38,150 bases of DNA from Myxococcales bacterium (GTDB lineage Bacteria > Myxococcota > UBA727 > JABDBI01), in assembly GCA_023248655.1 (NCBI GenBank), contig JAHFEE010000001.1, positions 1,543 to 39,692 of the forward strand. Reading direction: 5' to 3'. Shown piece after piece: positions 21,372-28,587 of this stretch. Every line of letters begins with the position of its first letter. The first letter of the stretch is position 1. The notes beneath the pieces were generated by a model, which saw only the letters and a program-made list of their open reading frames with translations, was not told where the DNA came from and ran no database searches. The translations under genes were made by a program, and so were the position numbers.

Positions 21372-23099
21372 ATGTCTAAAAAGATTATCATAAACGCTAA
21401 TATAGCCGAAGAAATTAGAATTGCGATTATTAATAATGGTAAATTATTGGATTTAGATATTGAAACCCAGGGAAGAATTAAGCTTAAAGGTAATATATAT
21501 AAAGGAATAATTTCAAATATCGAAGACAGTTTAGAAGCAGTTTTTGTTGATTTCGGAGAAGAGAAGCAGGGCTTTTTGCCAATGTCAGAAATTCGGCCCG
21601 ACATTTATTTAGAATCCGTAAAAAACACAAAAAAAAATAAACCATCTGATCTATTAAGCCGCGGACAAGAAATCATAGTTCAGGTGACAAAGGATGAAGT
21701 TGGAACAAAAGGCGCTGCGATTTCTACCTATATTTCACTTCCAGGCCGCTGTATTGTTTTGATGCATTCCGATGGAGGAAGAGGTGGAATTTCTAGAAAA
21801 ATAAGCAATGAACCCGCACGTCAAATTGCACGAGATATTCTTTCCAGTTTATCTCTTCCGGATGGTCTTGCAGTTATCATACGAACGGTTGGAACTTTGG
21901 CAACGCGGTCAGAATTATATCGTGATTTTAAAAAATTATGCGAAATCTGGGAAGAGATTAATAACAACTCTCAAATAAGTGGTTCGCCTGCCTTGTTGTA
22001 CAAAGAATCAAATATAATTATGCGAACTATTCGAGATTATTGCAGTTCGGATGTTTCAAAGATCATTATTGATAACAAAGATGAATATGAGGAAATTTAT
22101 AAATTTTTCAAGGATCAAATACCAAATTTGGCTCAAATTCTTGAATATTATCGAAAAAAAGAACCCATATTTTCATATTGCGGTGTAGAAAAAGAAATTG
22201 AAGGATTGTTTCATCGTCAAGTTCAACTTCCGTCTGGTGGATATATCATAATAGAACAAACAGAGGCGCTAGTGGCAATCGATGTTAATTCTGGAAAATC
22301 TACAAAAGAGGAAGATCATGAGGCCACGGTTTATAAAACAAATTTAGAAGCAGTTAACGAAATTGCACGTCAGCTTCGTCTTAGGGATTTAGGTGGCATC
22401 ATTGTGGTGGATTTCATTGATATGATTTCAGTTAAGCATCGAAAAGATGTGGAATTATTATTAATAGAAATTACCAAAAGCGATAAAGCAAAAATTAAAA
22501 TCAGTCCAATAAGTAACAATGGAACTTTAGAGTTAACTCGTCAACGTTTAAGACAATCCCACCATTTAATAAGTCACGTTGCTTGTGAAAATTGTTATGG
22601 AACAGGAAGAGTTAGGGATGTTTTTGGATTGGCAATTTTAGCATTTAGAAACATCTGTACTTATTTAATAAAAATTAAAAAGAAACAAAATTGTGATTGG
22701 TTGATTGTAAAACTTCCCATTGAGGCCGCTGATCAACTCAATAATCAAAAACGCAAAGAATTGTTAGAATTATCTGAGCATTACGAAATTCGATTACAAA
22801 TATTTGGTGACAGTTCTTTAAGGGACACTCAAATTCAATTCATAGAACAAAAAATAATTGATGATATTAATTTATGTGCTACAAAAACAAGTTCTCGATT
22901 CAGTGATCACTACAAAAAAACAAAATTAAATACCTCTCCTCCCCAAATTGGACCAGCTCCAATTATCAATGTTGTATTAGTTGAAGATTTAAACGATACA
23001 GAAATTAGAAATGAGGAACCGACACAGACATTAATTAGCTCACGACAATTAGTTGTAAATTTTAGCAAGGATTCGCTCTTAACTACTTTATTTTCCTAG
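21372..23099 (+). CDS. Ribonuclease E/G family endoribonuclease
   Basis: 575 aa. Contains the S1 domain motif GNIYKG.I..I...L.A.FVD.G....GFL and the catalytic core with ...LVAIDVNSG and the Zn-link CxxCxG (CENCYGTG). The size lies between RNase G and RNase E, so no ortholog is assigned. Confidence 0.88.
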   Translation: MSKKIIINANIAEEIRIAIINNGKLLDLDIETQGRIKLKGNIYKGIISNIEDSLEAVFVDFGEEKQGFLPMSEIRPDIYLESVKNTKKNKPSDLLSRGQEIIVQVTKDEVGTKGAAISTYISLPGRCIVLMHSDGGRGGISRKISNEPARQIARDILSSLSLPDGLAVIIRTVGTLATRSELYRDFKKLCEIWEEINNNSQISGSPALLYKESNIIMRTIRDYCSSDVSKIIIDNKDEYEEIYKFFKDQIPNLAQILEYYRKKEPIFSYCGVEKEIEGLFHRQVQLPSGGYIIIEQTEALVAIDVNSGKSTKEEDHEATVYKTNLEAVNEIARQLRLRDLGGIIVVDFIDMISVKHRKDVELLLIEITKSDKAKIKISPISNNGTLELTRQRLRQSHHLISHVACENCYGTGRVRDVFGLAILAFRNICTYLIKIKKKQNCDWLIVKLPIEAADQLNNQKRKELLELSEHYEIRLQIFGDSSLRDTQIQFIEQKIIDDINLCATKTSSRFSDHYKKTKLNTSPPQIGPAPIINVVLVEDLNDTEIRNEEPTQTLISSRQLVVNFSKDSLLTTLFS

Positions 23100-23225
23100 A
23101 ATCAAATAATATATTCACATTTGAAAGAATATAAAATTTTAATTAGTTGTAAATTTTATTTGTTCTGCAAAAAACTAATAGCTAGATAATTGTTTCAATT
23201 ATATGTAGTATAGAAATTTAATCTT

Positions 23226-23624
23226 ATGATAAATTTAGATAAAAAAAATCTGTCTGAATCAAATTCGACGACACACTTTAATCTAGCTAAGTACAGTGTT
23301 GAAAATACTAGCAATTCTAAAATTCCCCCTAGTGAAGAAAGTAATTTTTTAAAAATTCAAATTGAAAAATATGAACAATGTTTCAAAAATATCAAAACAA
23401 ATATTTCTCTTGGACTTAAAATAAACATTGATAATATTCCTGATAGTTTTGATGAAATGATAGCATATATTGATTATTTATTACGTCGTGTTGAGCATTC
23501 AGAGAAATTATTCATAGCCATGAAAGGAAAATTCTTAATGACACAAGAGCGTTTTTCTGAAACGCAAAAACATCTTTTTCGTATTCAAGAAGAAGTTTCT
23601 GAACTTAAGAAAAAATTAATTTAA
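23226..23624 (+). CDS. Hypothetical protein, C-terminal coiled-coil; no family recognised
   Basis: 132-aa ORF in an otherwise ORF-free interval, on the same strand as its neighbours. The C-terminal half is heptad-like and charged. No recognisable Shine-Dalgarno. Confidence 0.4.
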   Translation: MINLDKKNLSESNSTTHFNLAKYSVENTSNSKIPPSEESNFLKIQIEKYEQCFKNIKTNISLGLKINIDNIPDSFDEMIAYIDYLLRRVEHSEKLFIAMKGKFLMTQERFSETQKHLFRIQEEVSELKKKLI

Positions 23625-23696
23625 TGAAAACAAAAGAGAACAAATTTATAACAAAAGATTCGTTAGAATTTTCAGGAAATAGGGAACTTTAAGTTT

Positions 23697-24278
23697 ATGG
23701 TTATAATTTTTTATGTATTATCTTTTTTATTTATCAATATTTTTTCAGCGAATCCTTTATTGGCCAAAGTGCCTGATGAGAAAAAAGAGAATTTAAATTC
23801 TGAAAATATTATTGGAATAACTCCAACTGATTTATTGGAAGATTCGGTCTTGAGTGTTTTATATGGAAAGAAGATAAATGAAATATTTGCAATTATGGTT
23901 CCGATTTCGATTAAATCTAAATTAATCACAGAAGAAAGTTTTACTACAAAGATTAGTGATATACGTTTTATAGGACTTTCAGCTGGGCTGGGAGCTCGAT
24001 TTCAATTAAAGGGTTCATTATTTGATGAGGGTTTATTTTTTGAAATTAGAAATAAAATAGCTATTTTAAAATCTAGTGACAAATACAGAGCCAAGATACT
24101 TTCTGGAACAATGGAATTTATTTTTGGATATTCTATGGAATTGATATCTGGCATGCATATTGAAGCAAGTATACTTGCTGGAATAGTTCCCTATAAGCGA
24201 ACCTTTCACAATCAAAGAGTTGAAACTGGACTTAACACTATTACTAATTTTCAAATTTCTATATTTTCACCATTTTAA
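23697..24278 (+). CDS. Hypothetical secreted protein, possibly a small outer-membrane beta-barrel
   Basis: 193 aa. It has an N-terminal hydrophobic signal-like segment (FYVLSFLFINIFSANPLLA) and alternating hydrophobic patterns. The C-terminal ...ISIFSPF ends in Phe, as in OMP beta-signals. AGGAAA/AGGGA lies upstream. Confidence 0.5.
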   Translation: MVIIFYVLSFLFINIFSANPLLAKVPDEKKENLNSENIIGITPTDLLEDSVLSVLYGKKINEIFAIMVPISIKSKLITEESFTTKISDIRFIGLSAGLGARFQLKGSLFDEGLFFEIRNKIAILKSSDKYRAKILSGTMEFIFGYSMELISGMHIEASILAGIVPYKRTFHNQRVETGLNTITNFQISIFSPF

Positions 24279-24385
24279 TAAAGAAGTAATCGCAAGTGTA
24301 TAATAAGTGTGTGATATATATTATTTAATTTATTAGTTTTAAATTGAAAAATAAAAAAATAATATATATACCTAGCTTGTCCAAC

Positions 24386-24458
24386 GCCGGTATAGCTCAG
24401 TTGGAAGAGCAACTGATTCGTAATCAGTAGGTCATCAGTTCAAATCTGATTATCGGCT
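24386..24458 (+). tRNA. tRNA-Thr (anticodon CGT); CCA not encoded
   Basis: Folds as GCCGGTA TA GCTC AGTTGGAA GAGC A ACTGA TTCGTAA TCAGT AGGTC ATCAG TTCAAAT CTGAT TATCGGC T, a clean cloverleaf. Confidence 0.9.
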
Positions 24459-24473
24459 TTCAATTGTTTAATA

Positions 24474-24560
24474 CGGAAGAAGTGAGATTCGAACTCACGG
24501 CAAAGTTACCCTTGCGCTGGATTTCAAGTCCAGTGCCTTAAACCGCTCGGCCATTCTTCC
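24474..24560 (-). tRNA. tRNA-Ser (anticodon TGA), long variable arm; CCA not encoded
   Basis: The reverse complement GGAAGAATGGCCGAGCGGTTTAAGGCACTGGACTTGAAATCCAG...GTGAGTTCGAATCTCACTTCTTCCG gives a class II tRNA with anticodon loop CTTGAAA. Confidence 0.9.
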
Positions 24561-24654
24561 TTGTTAGTTTAATGTATCATTAGTGATAAAATATCAAGAG
24601 ATTTCTAAAGATTTCTAATTTGGAATTCTAAATTTCAATAAATTATTGCGTAAA

Positions 24655-26367
24655 TTACATCAAGGATTCGCAATATGCAAGTAATTCATGTTCATTTTTC
24701 AGCCCAAGATTTTCACCTTTACGCGTTCGAATTGTGACATTTTCTTGTTCAATTTCCTTGTCTCCAATGACCAGCATTAATGGAATTTTGTCCATTTGAG
24801 CATCTCTAATCTTGGCGCCTAATTTATCATTTTCTTTAGAGATTTTTGTTCTAAAATTCTTTTTAATAAGAATTTGTTCTATCTTCTTTGCGTATTCCGT
24901 ATGTCTATCGGCAATGGTTAATATTCGAATTTGCTCAGGAGCTATCCAAAATGGCAATGCTCCCGTATATTCCTCAAGCAAAATCCCAATAAAACGTTCC
25001 AATGAACCTAATAAAGCACGATGAATCATCACGGGTCGTTCGCTTAAACCTGTTGAATTCATAAAATTTAAATCAAAGCGCTCTGGATTGTTAAAATCTA
25101 ATTGAACTGTAGAACATTGCCAAGATCTATCCAGTGAGTCTTTAAGTTTTAAGTCAATTTTCGGACCATAGAAAGCACCCCCGCCTGTGTCAATAGTATA
25201 TGTTATCCCATGTCTTAAAATTGCTTGTTCTAAACTTTTCTCTGCTCTTTTCCAGTGTTCAAGGTTGCCAACATATTTTTTCGGCATTGTTGATAAATTG
25301 ATTTCAAATTTAAAAAATCCAAATTTTTTTAACACTTTTAGAATAAAATTTATAATATTATCCAATTCTTGATCCACTTGATCCCAGGTGCAAAATATAT
25401 GAGCATCATCTTGAGTAAATCCTCTTGCTCTCATTAGCCCATGTAATACGCCTGTTAATTCATAGCGGTAAACCGTTCCTAATTCGCAAAATCTAATTGG
25501 TAATTCTCTATAACTTCTAGGTTTAGATTTGTATGCAAGAATATGAAATGGACAATTCATGGGTTTCAAGATGTATTCTTGATCGTCTATTTTCATTGGA
25601 GAAAACATGTTTTCGCAATAAAATTCCCAATGTCCAGATATTTTCCATAAATCTAATTTTGCAATGTGCGGTGATATAATGGCATCGTATCCATTTTCAA
25701 AATGTTCCTTTCGTAGAAAATTCTCAATTCCCATTCTTATTAATGACCCATTTGGTAACCATGTTATTAATCCTGGTCCTATGAGCGGGTTTGAAACTAA
25801 AAATAAATTTAATTTAGATCCAATTTTTCTATGATCCCGTTTTTTAATTTCATCTATTCTTAATAAATGTAAGTTTAATTCATCTTCAGATAAAAATGCT
25901 ATTCCTGAAATTCTTTGCAAAACTTTACGATTTTTGTCAGCGCGCCAATAACATCCAGCAATATTTAGTAATTTAAAAGCCCTTATTGCTCCAGTGCTTG
26001 GAAGGTGAGGACCGCGACATAGGTCTATGAAATTATCATTTCTGTAAAGAATGATGTTTTTATCTGGTATCCAATCTAATATTTCTTTTTTGTAATCTTG
26101 ATTAAGTTTTTCAAAGATTTTGCATGCTTCTTCCTTTGTAACATTAAATTTTTCAAAAGGAATATCTTTTGCAATAATATTGCGCATTTCTAATTCAATA
26201 TTGCTTAAATCTGAAAGAGTTATCGGTTCTTCGATATCTATATCATAATAAAAACCATTAGCATGAGTTTGTGGGCCCATTGCTAATTTAGCACTTGGAA
26301 ATAATTTGATTATTGCAGCGGCTAAGACATGTTCACAGCTGTGATTTAAAACATCATTCGAAATCAT
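24655..26367 (-). CDS. thrS: Threonyl-tRNA synthetase lacking the N-terminal TGS (N1) domain
   Basis: 570 aa. It starts at the editing-domain HxxxH motif (HSCEHVL). The editing motif DLCRGPH, class II motifs 2 and 3, and a C-terminal anticodon-binding domain are all present. Confidence 0.95.
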   Translation of the reverse strand: MISNDVLNHSCEHVLAAAIIKLFPSAKLAMGPQTHANGFYYDIDIEEPITLSDLSNIELEMRNIIAKDIPFEKFNVTKEEACKIFEKLNQDYKKEILDWIPDKNIILYRNDNFIDLCRGPHLPSTGAIRAFKLLNIAGCYWRADKNRKVLQRISGIAFLSEDELNLHLLRIDEIKKRDHRKIGSKLNLFLVSNPLIGPGLITWLPNGSLIRMGIENFLRKEHFENGYDAIISPHIAKLDLWKISGHWEFYCENMFSPMKIDDQEYILKPMNCPFHILAYKSKPRSYRELPIRFCELGTVYRYELTGVLHGLMRARGFTQDDAHIFCTWDQVDQELDNIINFILKVLKKFGFFKFEINLSTMPKKYVGNLEHWKRAEKSLEQAILRHGITYTIDTGGGAFYGPKIDLKLKDSLDRSWQCSTVQLDFNNPERFDLNFMNSTGLSERPVMIHRALLGSLERFIGILLEEYTGALPFWIAPEQIRILTIADRHTEYAKKIEQILIKKNFRTKISKENDKLGAKIRDAQMDKIPLMLVIGDKEIEQENVTIRTRKGENLGLKNEHELLAYCESLM

Positions 26368-26442
26368 TGGTAGACACGGCCGGTATCGAACCGGCGACCC
26401 CTACCATGTCAAGGTAGTGCTCTACCACTGAGCTACGCGTCT
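26368..26442 (-). tRNA. tRNA-Val (anticodon GAC) with encoded CCA
   Basis: The reverse complement folds as AGACGCG TA GCTC AGTGGTA GAGC A CTACC TTGACAT GGTAG GGGTC GCCGG TTCGATA CCGGC CGTGTCT A CCA. The A1-T72 first pair is unusual but still paired. Confidence 0.87.
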
Positions 26443-26557
26443 GCACTTACTATATCTCATAAGTTAGAAGAATAAATCTTATCAAAATTGTCAATTGGGT
26501 ATCAGGCCGACTTGAATATCTGTTTTTTTGTTTTTTGTGTATTTGATGTTTTCGATA

Positions 26558-26614
26558 TAAGCATATTATATGCTTAACATTAACTTAACATTGAGTTATT
26601 ATTAAGTTAATGTT
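26558..26614. promoter_or_regulatory. Two adjacent perfect inverted repeats upstream of map
   Basis: The first is taagcatat-t-atatgctta (26558-26576). The second is aacattaacttaa (26576-26588) / ttaagttaatgtt (26602-26614) with a 13-nt spacer, ending 29 nt before the map ATG. Confidence 0.5.
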
Positions 26615-26643
26615 GTTAGTATTAAAAAGCAGGAAATAAACAT

Positions 26644-27417
26644 ATGAATATTAAGCAAATTACCATATTAACTGATTCGGAAATTGTGAAAATGAGAAAA
26701 GCGGGAAAATTAGCAGCGAAACTTTTAAGATATTTGCGAGATATGATTACCCCAGGAATTTCAACCCAAGAATTAAACAACATGGCTGAAAAATGGACGC
26801 GCTCTCATGGAGCACGGAGCGCTCCTTTAAATTATACTCCAAATGGATTTAATCCTTTTCCTAAATCTATTTGCACAAGTGTTAATGAGGTGGTCTGTCA
26901 TGGAATTCCAAGTTATAAGCAAATTTTAAAAGATGGCGATATTATCAATGTTGATGTTACTGTCATTTTAGACGGATACCACGGTGACACATCTAAAACT
27001 TTTTTTGTTGGAACGCCTTCTATGAAGGCTAAAGAATTAACCAATGTTGCAAATGAATCATTGCAAAAAGCTATTTTAGAAGTCGGCCCTGGAAAACATT
27101 TAGGCGATATAGGAGCTGTGATTGAGGAATACGTAACTGGTTTTGGATTTAGTGTTGTTAGAGAATTTGTTGGACATGGGATTGGTAAAAAATTTCATTG
27201 CCCACCCCAAATCTTTCATTATGGAACAAGGGGGGATGGTGTAATGATGCAACCCGGAATGGCTTTTACGATTGAGCCTATGATTAATGAGGGTACCTGG
27301 AAAACTGAAATTTTAAGTGACGGATGGACTGTTGTTACCTTAGATAGAAAACTATCTGCTCAATTCGAGCATACAATTATTGTAACTTGTACCGGAGTTG
27401 AGATTCTTACGATATAA
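26644..27417 (+). CDS. map: Methionine aminopeptidase, type I
   Basis: 257 aa. The metal ligand blocks are present: VCHGIP, DGDIINVDV, GYHGD, GHGIG, FTIEP and QFEHT. An AGGAAA Shine-Dalgarno lies upstream. Confidence 0.95.
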   Translation: MNIKQITILTDSEIVKMRKAGKLAAKLLRYLRDMITPGISTQELNNMAEKWTRSHGARSAPLNYTPNGFNPFPKSICTSVNEVVCHGIPSYKQILKDGDIINVDVTVILDGYHGDTSKTFFVGTPSMKAKELTNVANESLQKAILEVGPGKHLGDIGAVIEEYVTGFGFSVVREFVGHGIGKKFHCPPQIFHYGTRGDGVMMQPGMAFTIEPMINEGTWKTEILSDGWTVVTLDRKLSAQFEHTIIVTCTGVEILTI

Positions 27418-27474
27418 TAGAAAAGTATTTACACTTTAGTATTTAATGATCTTTGGTGTGTTTGATTTAATTTT

Positions 27475-28560
27475 ATGGATACAGTTTATGGTTTATTTCT
27501 TGTATGTTTTTTAGTTTTATCCCATGAATTTGGACATTATTTGGCAGCAAAATTGTTTAATGTTCATGTTCTCATTTTCTCATTTGGATTTGGGCCAAAA
27601 TTATTTACATATTCACATAAGAATACAGAATATTCCATAGGCGCAATTCCTATTGGTGGTTATGTTGAGTTTCTTGAAAATCCTCTTGAAAATCCTATTA
27701 CGGATAATGCTTTTAAAAATAAAAATTTTAGTTTTTCAGAGCTATGTTTTTGGAAAAAATTGTTTATTGTTCTCGCCGGACCGCTTGCTAATATTATAGT
27801 TTCAGTATTTATATTGCTTTGCATCAATATAAATTTGGATCTTCAAAAAGGTTCTATTCAAAAAATAGGTTATGTAGCCAATGGTAGTATTGCTTTTGCA
27901 ATTGGATTAAAATCTGGAGATCAAATTGTTTCTCTTGAGAAAAGAAGATATATAGAACCGTCCAGTATTGAAATTCTAGATATATTAGAAGATAAAGACC
28001 CAAAAAAAATCAAAAAAATAAAAATCAAGAGATCTGAAAATTTAAAAGATTTTAATTCAATTCCTATCGAAGAATCATTTTTAAGATTAATACGAAATGC
28101 TGTATTGTCCGGAAATATTGGTCTGGTGCCTCAAATTTTCCCAGAATTTTCTATTTTTAATTTTAATTTTTTAACAATATTCAAGCAAACTTTACTTGAA
28201 GTGTATGAACTTGCAATCTCAACTGTGTCTTCCATTCTAGAATTGTTTTATTTAGGTAATTTCATCGGGCAAATAAGCGGTCCCTTGATAATGATTGACG
28301 ATGCTAGTCGATTAATATTTTATGGAGCAAAAAATTATTTCATAAATATGGCGTTTCTGGGAATAAATCTCGCTATGTTGAACTTGTTGCCATTGCCCAC
28401 ATTTGATGGCGGTCGAGTAATTTTAATCATAATAGAAACTTTTTTTCAAAAATCCTTACAAAAAATATTGCTAAAAAGTGTTAAAATAATAGGGGTTGGG
28501 ATATTTATTTTTTTAATTATCACAGCCACAATTAATGATATTAAAAGAATATTAAATTGA
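27475..28560 (+). CDS. rseP: Site-2 protease, M50 family zinc metalloprotease (RseP-like, single PDZ-like insert)
   Basis: 361 aa. HEFGHY (HExxH) lies in the first TM segment, and NLLPLPTFDGG (the LDG motif) near the C-terminus. A central soluble insert contains ...GLKSGDQIVS. Confidence 0.85.
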   Translation: MDTVYGLFLVCFLVLSHEFGHYLAAKLFNVHVLIFSFGFGPKLFTYSHKNTEYSIGAIPIGGYVEFLENPLENPITDNAFKNKNFSFSELCFWKKLFIVLAGPLANIIVSVFILLCININLDLQKGSIQKIGYVANGSIAFAIGLKSGDQIVSLEKRRYIEPSSIEILDILEDKDPKKIKKIKIKRSENLKDFNSIPIEESFLRLIRNAVLSGNIGLVPQIFPEFSIFNFNFLTIFKQTLLEVYELAISTVSSILELFYLGNFIGQISGPLIMIDDASRLIFYGAKNYFINMAFLGINLAMLNLLPLPTFDGGRVILIIIETFFQKSLQKILLKSVKIIGVGIFIFLIITATINDIKRILN

Positions 28561-28587
28561 TTTAATACACCGTTAAATACGACAAGG

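Noticed and set aside
4372-25372. Numerous short antisense ORFs nested in long genes. Examples: 4372-4641, 6478-6708, 6886-7074, 8213-9773 within leuS, 15316-15519, 16075-16293, 17137-17382, 20723-21314, 21359-21604, 23711-24254, 24812-25372.
   Set aside because: Each is fully contained in, and antisense or out of frame to, a gene with strong family signatures. None shows recognisable motifs.
26445-26643. Possibility that the missing ThrRS TGS domain is encoded upstream of tRNA-Val (a gene split by tRNA insertion)
   Set aside because: My reading of all three minus-strand frames of this 200-nt stretch shows frequent stops and no TGS-like sequence.
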